Shown here one piece after another: positions 44,440 through 53,048 of a stretch of DNA of 64,000 bases (positions are counted from its first letter, which is position 1; each line of letters opens with the position of its first letter). The stretch comes from Gammaproteobacteria bacterium (lineage in GTDB: Bacteria; Pseudomonadota; Gammaproteobacteria; GCA-001735895), in contig JBNKUM010000078.1 in the NCBI GenBank assembly GCA_050298595.1, positions 1 to 64,000 on the forward strand, given 5' to 3'. The notes below the pieces were generated by a model that was not told where the DNA came from, made no database searches, and worked only from the letters and a program-made list of their open reading frames with translations. The translations under genes and the position numbers were made by a program.

Positions 44440-45111
44440 TTAGTGTGCATACACCCGTTGGATAGTGATCTTTGCTACGGGGTTACGCCAGTCATGATCA
44501 GCGGCAACGAGGTCGCCGATTCCATGGATGCCACGATTGATATGTATAAACCCTTCGCCATCGTCATTCAGAGACAATCCTTCTCCACCGCACATCGGTC
44601 CGGGAATGCTGACACAAAGTTCGTCATTGGTTTCGGTTCCAGCATCGTAACCCGGTGACAGGTAGGTTGTGGGTCCAAACCAGGGAACGCGTACGCTGTT
44701 GAGCCCTATGAACCCATCGTTAGTGGGCAACATCATCGAGGCCAGGCTGATCCGGTTAGATCGCTTCGAGCTGGTAATGACTACGGTCGCTGATTGCCCC
44801 GGAGCTAGCAGGCCTTCGGTATGTCCTGTACCACTGACAAAGCGATTGGCTTCGAGTAAAGCCGTCATTGGTGCAATGTCGCCTGACTCTGCGATTGCAG
44901 TCAATTCGTCGCTCGCTGCCTGTCCAGCGCTGAACAACTTTAGATCACCTTTGTGAGCGGCAACCAGAACCGGGGTCAAATACACGCCTGGGGTTAGATT
45001 GGTAATTGTGACTTCAATTTGGGATGTACCATCAGCATGAACCATAGGGCTTAGCGTAAGCGTAGCGGCGGCAAGTGAAATATACAGGGTATTGCGAAAG
45101 GTCTTAAACAT
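44440..45111 (-). CDS. Spondin_N domain secreted protein
   Basis: Signal peptide, VTITNLT, AESGD, SMMLPTNDGFIG, YDAGTETNDE, IHINRG, WRNPVA; ATG 45111 with GGAGG RBS. Confidence 0.88.
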   Translation of the reverse strand: MFKTFRNTLYISLAAATLTLSPMVHADGTSQIEVTITNLTPGVYLTPVLVAAHKGDLKLFSAGQAASDELTAIAESGDIAPMTALLEANRFVSGTGHTEGLLAPGQSATVVITSSKRSNRISLASMMLPTNDGFIGLNSVRVPWFGPTTYLSPGYDAGTETNDELCVSIPGPMCGGEGLSLNDDGEGFIHINRGIHGIGDLVAADHDWRNPVAKITIQRVYAH

Positions 45112-45156
45112 GATATGTCCTCCGTTGATTGAGAGAATGTATTCTGGCAAGGAAAT

Positions 45157-45194
45157 TTCACACACAGGTCACCATTTTCTAACAATTCTTTAAC
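45157..45194. promoter_or_regulatory. Four OmpR/PhoB-type half-sites at 11-bp period (spondin promoter)
   Basis: TTCAC 45157, GTCAC 45168, CTAAC 45179, TTAAC 45190. Confidence 0.65.
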
Positions 45195-45251
45195 TTTTGG
45201 GGGCATAGTGCCTGAGGCGGCGTACCATGCTGGTTACAAAGTGCTCCAATT

Positions 45252-45308
45252 ATCACGAATTTATAACAGGCCCATAACATTTCAATAACTTCGGGCTTTA
45301 CCTACTAT
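45252..45308 (+). promoter_or_regulatory. Four OmpR/PhoB-type half-sites at 11-bp period plus -10 box (bufferin promoter)
   Basis: ATCAC 45252, ATAAC 45263, ATAAC 45274, ATAAC 45285; TACTAT at 45303. Confidence 0.7.
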
Positions 45309-45368
45309 TACCGGGGCAATTCTCTTATTACACTTGCTTCACCACAACAAAAAACGGAGAAAAAATCG

Positions 45369-45635
45369 ATGAGTTTGATTAGAAAAACGACTACAGGTGC
45401 AGCCATAGCATTCGCAGCTGCCACTCTGGCTGGCTGTATGACAATGGATGATTCATCCACAATGGCCAGCTCAAGCAGTGACGTCAAATGTTACGGCGTC
45501 AATAAGTGTAAGGGCCACAACGACTGTAAAACGGCCAGCAATGCCTGTAAGGGTCATGGATCCTGTAAGGGGCTGGGCTTCATCAAGATGCCAGCCGCCG
45601 CCTGCGACCATGTCGGCGGCAGTGTGCAGTCCTGA
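45369..45635 (+). CDS. Bufferin-type (BufA2-like) RiPP precursor, predicted lipoprotein
   Basis: Lipobox LAGC; core [30 protein letters not shown]...ACDHVGG with six Cys; upstream of DUF692. Confidence 0.85.
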   Translation: MSLIRKTTTGAAIAFAAATLAGCMTMDDSSTMASSSSDVKCYGVNKCKGHNDCKTASNACKGHGSCKGLGFIKMPAAACDHVGGSVQS

Positions 45636-45670
45636 TTTAATATCTATTAACCATATTGAGGAAAGAAAAA

Positions 45671-45922
45671 ATGATTGATTCAAAAAAAGCCATGGGTATT
45701 GCGCTGGCGCTTACCGCTGCCGGAATGATTAGTACATCCGTACCGGTTTTTGCCGGCGCATCGGATGCCAGGGTTCACTGCTTCGGTGTCAACAAGTGTA
45801 AAGGCCATAACGATTGCAAAACCGCAACCAATGCCTGTAAGGGGCATGGCTCCTGCAAAGGGCAGGGCTTTGTTGCTGTTTCATCGTCGGCCTGTGACCA
45901 TCTTGGTGGGAAGGTCGAGTAA
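45671..45922 (+). CDS. Bufferin-type (BufA2-like) RiPP precursor, Sec signal peptide
   Basis: Signal ending VFA; core [30 protein letters not shown]...ACDHLGG; ATG 45671 with GAGG RBS. Confidence 0.85.
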   Translation: MIDSKKAMGIALALTAAGMISTSVPVFAGASDARVHCFGVNKCKGHNDCKTATNACKGHGSCKGQGFVAVSSSACDHLGGKVE

Positions 45923-45994
45923 TCCAGTCATGACTCAGGGCTGGAATAGATCACTGTTTCGGTCCTGGTTCATTACCACCAGGGAGCGTATTTT

Positions 45995-46864
45995 ATGACA
46001 CGACCGTTTTTGGGCTTTGGCCTTGGATTGCGCACCGAACATTACAGGCATGTGCTGGAGAACAAGCCATCCGTCGACTGGTTTGAGATTATTTCCGAAA
46101 ATTATATGGTGCCTGGCGGCAAACCACTGTACTACCTGGATAAAATCCGCCAGGATTATCCTGTCGTCATGCACGGCGTTTCACTATCGATTGGCAGCAC
46201 TGATCCACTGGATCTCGATTATCTGAAAAAACTCAAGCAACTCATCACCCGAGCGGAGCCGCAATGGGTGTCGGATCATCTTTGCTGGACCTCGGTCGAT
46301 CATACCAATAGCCATGACCTGCTGCCTCTGCCGTACAATGAATCCTGCATCCAGCATGTGGTCGATCGTGTGCTACAGGTACAGGATTATCTCGGTCAGC
46401 GCATTCTTCTGGAGAACCTTTCCAGCTATGTCACCTTTAACGATTCGGAGATCCCCGAGTGGGAGTTCCTGAATGAAATTGCCAGACGTGCGGACTGCCA
46501 TATCCTGCTGGATATCAACAACATTTTTGTCAGCGCGCATAACCATCATTTCGAACCTGCTGATTATATCAATGCAATCGACATCGAGCGGGTCATGCAG
46601 TTTCACCTGGCCGGGCACAGCTATCATGGCGATATGATCGTCGATACTCATGATCATGATGTTTGCGACCCGGTGTGGGATTTGTACGCAGCAGCACTAC
46701 AGAGATTCGGGGCGGTTAGCACGATGATCGAGCGTGATGATGCAATTCCTCCATTCGATGAATTGCGTCGCGAGCTTGCAGTTGCAGAACGGATTGCAGC
46801 GGATATGTTGCCGCAAGAGGCAGACCACGAAATTACAGAACAAGAGGTTGCTGTGGCATCATGA
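45995..46864 (+). CDS. DUF692 multinuclear non-heme iron oxidative enzyme (MNIO, BufB-like)
   Basis: GLGLRTEH, EIISENY, HGVSLSIG, SDHLCW, LENLSSY, LLDINN, HLAGH, DTH, IERD. Confidence 0.95.
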   Translation: MTRPFLGFGLGLRTEHYRHVLENKPSVDWFEIISENYMVPGGKPLYYLDKIRQDYPVVMHGVSLSIGSTDPLDLDYLKKLKQLITRAEPQWVSDHLCWTSVDHTNSHDLLPLPYNESCIQHVVDRVLQVQDYLGQRILLENLSSYVTFNDSEIPEWEFLNEIARRADCHILLDINNIFVSAHNHHFEPADYINAIDIERVMQFHLAGHSYHGDMIVDTHDHDVCDPVWDLYAAALQRFGAVSTMIERDDAIPPFDELRRELAVAERIAADMLPQEADHEITEQEVAVAS

Positions 46865-47637
46865 TTTCATTGCGTGAAATGCAACATGAGTTTCTTGACT
46901 ATCTGCTTGACGAGAATCAAAACAGAATTGTTGAGCAGGTCGTCTCGACGCCACAAAGACCGGCGCAAAAGCGCCTGAATTACTATGCTAACGGTTATCG
47001 TCTGCGCCTGAAAGAAGTTTTGCGCAGCGACTATGAACGCCTGCATGCTTATGTCGGTGACGAGATGTTCGAGCAACTGATGGATGCCTACATCGATCGT
47101 TATCCTTCTCGCTATACCAGTTTGAGGGATTTTGGCCAGCACATGCTTGAGCTGGTTTTGTCTCTGGAGCCTTTCGCCAGGTTGCCAGAGGTCGCTGAGA
47201 TCACGCGTGTCGAACAGGCATTTAACCGGAGCTTTGACTGCCGTGATGATGCCCCCATCAGCTGGCCTGCTTTTACTCAGCTTGAGCCGGAGGCCTGGTC
47301 CGGCCTTAAGCTGAAATTTCACGATTCAGTGCAATTAATCGACCAGCGCTTTAACAGTTTTCAGATCTGGCAGGCGCTTTCCGAGCAAAAGATGCCACCG
47401 GAGAAAAGTGAACAATCATCGGTCTGGTTGATCTGGCGCCAGGATCTGGTTAGCCGCTATCGGTCACTTGATGGTCCTGAACAAATTGCACTGGAAATCG
47501 CGAAGCTGGGGGGAGATTTTGCCCAGGTGTGCGAAAACCTGCAGCCATTATGTGGTGATGACACTCCGCATCAGGCATTGATGTTTTTACAGCAGTGGGT
47601 TCATGACGAAATGATCGTGATGCTTTCCGGTGGATGA
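46861..47637 (+). CDS. DUF2063 MNIO partner / RiPP recognition protein (BufC-like)
   Basis: LREMQHEF, RLNYYANGYRLRL, YPS, IWR; overlaps the DUF692 stop. Confidence 0.88.
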   Translation: MISLREMQHEFLDYLLDENQNRIVEQVVSTPQRPAQKRLNYYANGYRLRLKEVLRSDYERLHAYVGDEMFEQLMDAYIDRYPSRYTSLRDFGQHMLELVLSLEPFARLPEVAEITRVEQAFNRSFDCRDDAPISWPAFTQLEPEAWSGLKLKFHDSVQLIDQRFNSFQIWQALSEQKMPPEKSEQSSVWLIWRQDLVSRYRSLDGPEQIALEIAKLGGDFAQVCENLQPLCGDDTPHQALMFLQQWVHDEMIVMLSGG

Positions 47638-47696
47638 TAGCTCGGTGAAATGTTTTCACGAGGCGAGCAACAATTGTCGGCTTGAATTGACCAGCT

Positions 47697-49181
47697 CTAT
47701 ATCGATTTAGCTGGAATGCTGAATAGAAACTCCGTTCCTTTTTCGATCTCGCTTTTCACCTGAATTGCGCTGCCATGCAATTCCAGTATTCGTTTCACAA
47801 TTGCCAGTCCAAGTCCGCTACCACCGGAGCGATGTTTGTCTGTTTGATAAAAGCGCTCGAAGATTCGAGGCATATCAGCCGCTGGAATACCGTAACCGGT
47901 ATCTGCAATTCTCACACAGGTGTTACCCGACTTGTCGTCGATATTAATTGATACTCTTCCGCCCACTGGCGTGTTGCGTAAGCCGTTTTCAAGCAGATTT
48001 TCAAGTACTCGTTGCATCATGCCGATGTCACCATAAACCAGGGGGGTATTGGGGTTAAGCTTGACGTCGAGGGTGATATTCTTCTCCTGCGCGCGCAGGA
48101 GGAATTTTTGTGCCACGTCCTGTGCCAGCTCGCAAATCGAAAATGGTTCAGCAACCACAACTGACTCGCAGGAATCGAGTCGAGCCAGTTCGAACAGTTC
48201 CTCTATCATATTGCCAAGGCTCTGGCTGTGGCTCAGAGCGGTTTCTATATACTGCCGTTTTTCGCTGTCTTCCAGTTCGTTATGATGCAGGCTCAGGGTT
48301 TCAAGATAGCCGCGCATAGTGGTGAGTGGTGTGCGCAAATCATGCGAAATATTGGCGACCATCTCGCGCCGCGCATTGTCCATTTTTTGCAATGCTTTAA
48401 ACTGTTCCGAAATCCGATCCGCCATTGCATTGAATTGCTGTCCCAGGGTATCGATTTCATCTTTTCCATTTGCTGTGTAGCGGATTGATTCATGAGCATC
48501 CTCGCTACTGGCATAATGCTGCATGATGTAGCCGAGGCGTTTCAGGCGTCCAGTTAAATGAGCGAATATCAGCAAACCTCCGAAAAACGCGATCGCAAGG
48601 GCGATACTAATGACGAGCATCGCAGATTCTGCGATATAGCTCTGCGCGAGCATTTCGGCAACATGTTCATAGTGTTCTCCGCCCAGTACTATATACAGGT
48701 ATCCCTGTTTTTCCCCGTTCGATTCGATTGGTGCGGCAGTAAATACTTTATGTCCATCGGGGTTGCGCGGGTCTTCGCCGGTGAACGGGAACCGAACCTC
48801 GCCTTTGATGTAGGAAGTGATGGGTGCGAGATCGACCCGCTCCCGTTTGACGACGCCTTCTGGTGCGTTGTAGCTCACGATCTTCCCCTGCGGGTCGAGC
48901 AGATAAACCTCGATTACCGGGTTGATGACCATCATTTGGTGGAATAGTGAATCGAGAGCTTTCTGGTTCACCCGGCCATCCTGCATCACCGGTTTTTGTG
49001 CGTCATTGAACAATGGATGCTGATTCACGATATAACTGGCCAGATCGCGGTTGAGCTTTTGCGAGACTTCCTGCTGATACTGGGTTGAAGTCCTGGCAAC
49101 CATGTATACCAGCAGTGAACCAACCAGCAGGAAAAGGATGAAAAGGGTCAAAGCCAAACGGCTATACAGTGTACGTAGCAT
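47697..49181 (-). CDS. Sensor histidine kinase (HAMP-HisKA-HATPase)
   Basis: 2 TM, ANISHDLRTPL, NLLEN, DTGYG, GSGLGL. Confidence 0.93.
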   Translation of the reverse strand: MLRTLYSRLALTLFILFLLVGSLLVYMVARTSTQYQQEVSQKLNRDLASYIVNQHPLFNDAQKPVMQDGRVNQKALDSLFHQMMVINPVIEVYLLDPQGKIVSYNAPEGVVKRERVDLAPITSYIKGEVRFPFTGEDPRNPDGHKVFTAAPIESNGEKQGYLYIVLGGEHYEHVAEMLAQSYIAESAMLVISIALAIAFFGGLLIFAHLTGRLKRLGYIMQHYASSEDAHESIRYTANGKDEIDTLGQQFNAMADRISEQFKALQKMDNARREMVANISHDLRTPLTTMRGYLETLSLHHNELEDSEKRQYIETALSHSQSLGNMIEELFELARLDSCESVVVAEPFSICELAQDVAQKFLLRAQEKNITLDVKLNPNTPLVYGDIGMMQRVLENLLENGLRNTPVGGRVSINIDDKSGNTCVRIADTGYGIPAADMPRIFERFYQTDKHRSGGSGLGLAIVKRILELHGSAIQVKSEIEKGTEFLFSIPAKSI

Positions 49182-49183
49182 GA

Positions 49184-49903
49184 TCAGGTTACCGGTTCAG
49201 GTGCGGTTTCGGCGAACTTGTAGCCAACACCCCACACTGTCCGGACGAAATGCGGTTTAGCTGGGTCAGTTTCGATTTTCGCGCGTAAGCGATTGATATG
49301 AGAATTGACAGTATGTTCGTAACCGTCGTGGCCATAGCCCCATACCATATCGAGTAGTTGACTACGGGTAAAAACCCGTCCGGGGTGGGTCGCGAAATGC
49401 CACAATAGATCGAATTCGCGCGCGGTTAGTTCAACCTGTTTATCGCTAATCGAAACCAGGCGAGTTTCCGGGTTGATCAGCAAATCGTCAAATCGAATGC
49501 TGCCGGCTACCGTGGATGTGTCAGTTTCATGGTAATGTTCTGCACGGCGCAGGATTGCGTTGACCCGAGCAATCAACTCAGGGACGCTGAAAGGTTTGGT
49601 CAGGTAATCGTCGGCGCCAACCTCCAGGCCGAGTACGCGATCCAGCTCCGAAGTCCTTGCGGTCAGCATCAGTACCGGAGTGAACACACGCTTTTCGCGT
49701 AGACGGCGGCATACATCCAGTCCATCGATTTCAGGCAACATCAGATCGAGAATTATCAGGTCAAAGCGCCCGCTTAACGCAAGCGTAAGCCCACTTTTAC
49801 CATTCGATGCATGCTCCACCTTCATCTGCATACTGCTCAGATTGACGCTTAGCAGGTGGATGATGTCGGCATTGTCTTCGATGATCAGAATCTGTTTCGG
49901 CAC
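49184..49903 (-). CDS. OmpR-family response regulator
   Basis: LDLMLP, GADDYLTKPF, TVNSHINRLR, TVWGVGY; start moved to GTG 49903 behind an AGGAG RBS. Confidence 0.93.
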   Translation of the reverse strand: MPKQILIIEDNADIIHLLSVNLSSMQMKVEHASNGKSGLTLALSGRFDLIILDLMLPEIDGLDVCRRLREKRVFTPVLMLTARTSELDRVLGLEVGADDYLTKPFSVPELIARVNAILRRAEHYHETDTSTVAGSIRFDDLLINPETRLVSISDKQVELTAREFDLLWHFATHPGRVFTRSQLLDMVWGYGHDGYEHTVNSHINRLRAKIETDPAKPHFVRTVWGVGYKFAETAPEPVT

Positions 49904-49924
49904 TGTGTTTTCTCCTTTTCGATC

Positions 49925-49956
49925 AGTGTACGACAAAAAAATCACGAAAGTTTCAC
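49925..49956 (-). promoter_or_regulatory. Probable autoregulatory box pair plus -10 of the two-component operon
   Basis: ATCAC 49941 and TTCAC 49952 (11-bp period); minus-strand TACACT at 49925-49930. Confidence 0.6.
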
Positions 49957-50162
49957 GATAAGACCTGATAGCTTAAGGTAAAGTTCTGATAGGAGGCACT
50001 GCATCGGGCTCAACGAAGTCCCAAATGGGGCGGATATTCCGAATCTATTGATGGTTGGTAGCCACTGTTGGGTTACAGTATCTTATCCTGAAGCAAACAT
50101 TTATATACTACGGTGTAATAGAAAACTTCTGTGCCGGACCTAAGTAGTCTATCCTGAAAAGT

Positions 50163-50189
50163 AATAAACTCGGACACCCACATATTGAA
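50163..50189 (+). repeat. 27-bp dispersed repeat (family B, copy 1)
   Basis: AATAAACTCGGACACCCACATATTGAA; near-identical at 53807 and 61318. Confidence 0.8.
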
Positions 50190-50436
50190 TACTCATGGAT
50201 AATTTTGGGAAATATCATGCCAATAAATTTTAAGTGCATTACCTAGATGATGTTCGATTGTTAAACCTACATCATGGCCATTTGATGCCGTTGTGGGAGC
50301 GGGGCGAACAATTCCATTAGAAATACGTTAAAATTAACCGTTATTAAATTTGTATATGTCCCCAGTTATTTGTAAATAGACAATATAGCTGTAGAATCAA
50401 TGAGTTACCTGGGTTCGACCCTGTTTAGAGTCCCGA

Positions 50437-50500
50437 AAACCTGGGTTAGAGAACAATATTCGCTAATATTTGAAAGTATTGTGCTCCCTGACCCGTGTTT
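50437..50500. repeat. REP-like palindrome (family A, copy 2)
   Basis: AAACCTGGGTTAGAGAACAATATTCGCTAATATTTGAAAGTATTGTGCTCCCTGACCCGTGTTT. Confidence 0.75.
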
Positions 50501-50762
50501 TCTAGCATTTCCCATCTTCTTTGCTTTAGTTTTAGGATCAAACATCCTCATCAATTTGAATAGTCATTCTATTATGCTATAGGCAAAAGACAAGACTTTG
50601 ACCCCAAAAACTCTTCGCGGCCATAGATTCCTGAAAATGGAAATTTGGATCAAGTTAAAACCCGCTTGTCATCGACTAAAGCTAATATAGATGTATCGAA
50701 AATCCCTGCTATGATTACTTTAAGAAATCCGTATATCCCTGGTTTAGCAACAGAAATATCAG

Positions 50763-50778
50763 TGGCATGAAACCTGCT
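50763..50778 (+). promoter_or_regulatory. Putative sigma54 promoter of the GGDEF gene
   Basis: TGGCATGAAACCTGCT, GG-N10-GC spacing. Confidence 0.55.
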
Positions 50779-50840
50779 TCAGGGAGAAGGGGTGGCGGGG
50801 AAAGGGTAATACGCAGGTAAACGATTACGAGTCAACGTTC

Positions 50841-51929
50841 ATGTTGAAGATTAAGTCGATGACTGATAGTGAGGAGGAGCTCGGGGCAGATAAAGACTAT
50901 TTTCAGTTCCGCTTCCATCTTCTGCGCGTCTCGCTTTGGGTGGCGATTACCTTCAGTGGTGCGCTCATTCTGACAGATTGGCTTGGGCTAAATCACCAGG
51001 CTAGCATCCACCTTATTTCCATCGAAATATTCTTTCTATCTGACGTTGCGCTGTCGATCTATCTTGGGACACGCAAGGATAGATTCGTCATAGTGGCGCT
51101 TCTTTTTTTTACTGCCTGGTTTCTGGTCAACGTCTCGGCGCTATATTTTCTGACCAATAACGAATTTCGTGCGATCTGGTTCTTCATTTTGATTTTGGTT
51201 GCTTACACTATCCTTGGTTTATCTCCTGGATTGCTGGCTACAATACTCTCTTTCATCACCCTTATTGTTGCGAACAAATTCCTGCTAGCACCATTCTCTA
51301 GCAATGCTATAGTTACAATGCTATTCAGTCTTTGCGCAAGTAGCGCATTCCTGTACTCCTATACACAACGCTTCGCTACTTATCGCCAGAATCTGAAAGA
51401 AGTAAACAATAAGCTACGCGATTTAGCTCGCCATGATCCACTGACAGGAACCTTTAATGCGCGTGCTTTTTACGAAAAGGCCGAGCTTTTAGCACGACAA
51501 GCATTGCGCTCGAAAACGACCTTCTCAATGTTGTTTTTGGATATCGATCATTTTAAATTTATCAATGATCGCTACGGGCACGAAGTCGGCGACATAGTCT
51601 TGCAAGAATTTGTGGGCTGTCTTACAGCAAATATACGAGAAACTGACCTGCTAGGACGTATTGGCGGTGAAGAATTTTTATTGTTCCTTCCAGGAACCAA
51701 ACTTGACGGGGCGAAGCTGCTGGCGGAAAAATTGCGCCAGAAGGTTGAGGACCTCATGCCATTGATAGGAGAAACCCAGATCCCATTCACTACCAGCATC
51801 GGCATCGCAGTGAGCCGAGCAGGGCACGATACAATTAATTCTCTTAAACAGGAGGCAGATCAGGCGATGTATCAAGCCAAGGAGCAGGGCCGAAACTGTG
51901 TGAGAACACTTGCAGTCCGTAGTACTTAA
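50841..51929 (+). CDS. Membrane-bound diguanylate cyclase
   Basis: Multi-TM N-terminus, DPLTG, DIDHFK, RETD I-site and GGEEF. Confidence 0.92.
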   Translation: MLKIKSMTDSEEELGADKDYFQFRFHLLRVSLWVAITFSGALILTDWLGLNHQASIHLISIEIFFLSDVALSIYLGTRKDRFVIVALLFFTAWFLVNVSALYFLTNNEFRAIWFFILILVAYTILGLSPGLLATILSFITLIVANKFLLAPFSSNAIVTMLFSLCASSAFLYSYTQRFATYRQNLKEVNNKLRDLARHDPLTGTFNARAFYEKAELLARQALRSKTTFSMLFLDIDHFKFINDRYGHEVGDIVLQEFVGCLTANIRETDLLGRIGGEEFLLFLPGTKLDGAKLLAEKLRQKVEDLMPLIGETQIPFTTSIGIAVSRAGHDTINSLKQEADQAMYQAKEQGRNCVRTLAVRST

Positions 51930-51941
51930 TTCAGGTAAGCA

Positions 51942-52638
51942 ATGCAAAATAACCCACCGGCAGTGCAACAATCCAGCTTCTTTGGTACAGATCTCCCGCT
52001 ACAACTTGTTGTATGAACAGGTACTGTCACAACAGCCTAAAGATAAAAACAAGATCTACTCACTGCACGAGCCCCAGGTGTATTGCACTGCCAAAGGAAA
52101 AGACAACAAGCCTTACGAATACGGCAATAAAGTGACCATCGCCAGCACGGCTAAAGGTCACCTGATCGTAGGTGTTGTTAGCCATGAGCGTAATCTACAT
52201 GATAGCCATACCCTGCCTGAAGTGCTGCAACACATCAAACTCTCATGCGGCAAAGCCGTAAGGCAGGCAGTTTGTGATCGGGGATATCGTGGTAAACAGA
52301 TGGTTAACGGAACGCCCATTACCTTACCGAAAAAATAGCTCAAAAGAGACAACCGCTATCAGCAAGACAAAAAGCGAAAACAATGCCGCAGGCGTGCCGC
52401 GATAGAGCCGATTATTGGTCATTTAAATCAGATTATCGTTTGTCACGAAACTTCCTGAAAGGCATAGCAGGCGACCAGATCAACCTGCTGATGGCAGCTA
52501 CAGCCTGTAATCTGAGGAAATGGCTAATAGCTTTTTTACGCCTGATTTATTGCTGGCTTAAACAGTCCGTTAACTATCAGGAAGCTCTGGATAACGACAG
52601 TACCATCTATAAGGGAATACTTTTTCAGGGGTGACTAA
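51942..52638 (+). mobile_element. IS5-family insertion sequence relic
   Basis: KIYSLHEP..KGK..KPYEYGNK, DRGYRG, RRAAIEPIIGH; internal deletion, stop at 52338 and a frameshift; probable right end TTTTTCAGGGGTGAC-TAA. Confidence 0.85.
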
Positions 52639-52818
52639 TTATTCCTTATTTCGGCTTGATATAATTGCGGTGACGAATAAACCAAAACCTAAGCCTACTA
52701 AGATAGAACCTACGAATACGAGTGCAGAAGTTTGTAAAAAAAACAACCCAACACCTGTTCCCATTATCACTCCGCCACCAATCGCCCATGTGCTTTTATC
52801 ATCTTTTTTGACTGTCAT
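52639..52818 (-). CDS. 59-aa two-TM membrane protein, integron cassette gene (absent from the ORF track)
   Basis: MTVKKDDKSTWAIGGGVIMGTGVGLFFLQTSALVFVGSILVGLGFGLFVTAIISSRNKE; RBS AGAGGG; directly downstream of attC 52866-52931. Confidence 0.7.
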   Translation of the reverse strand: MTVKKDDKSTWAIGGGVIMGTGVGLFFLQTSALVFVGSILVGLGFGLFVTAIISSRNKE

Positions 52819-52865
52819 GCTACCCTCTTAATTTGTATAATAAATTTTTCGTCAGGATCGTAAAA

Positions 52866-52931
52866 CTATAACGCTGCTGCTCACAGAAGAGCTAGCGCAT
52901 CAAGCGAATTCTGTGGAGCTGATTGTTAGGA
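52866..52931 (-). other. attC site
   Basis: Minus strand TCCTAAC-AATCAGCTCCACAGAA...TTCTGTGAGCAGCAGC-GTTATAG, an imperfect 66-bp palindrome. Confidence 0.75.
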
Positions 52932-52954
52932 ATTTTCACACGCTTCAGCAATCC

Positions 52955-53006
52955 GAGGTCAGATCACAATATACTCTAATATTAGAATATTCTATGATCT
53001 GGCCCC
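52955..53006. repeat. REP-like palindrome (family A, diverged copy 3)
   Basis: GAGGTCAGATCACAATAT...ATATTCTATGATCTGGCCCC. Confidence 0.65.
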
Positions 53007-53048
53007 TAATTTTGTTTCAAACCATGTCAAATAGCCTTGTAATAAAAC

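Noticed and set aside
261-49961. Numerous short antisense or alternate-frame ORFs inside well-supported genes
   Set aside because: They have no recognisable motifs and are explained as shadows of the main coding frames.
52631-52831. 66-aa plus-strand ORF in the track
   Set aside because: It is the shadow of the minus-strand 59-aa membrane protein, which has an RBS and cassette context.
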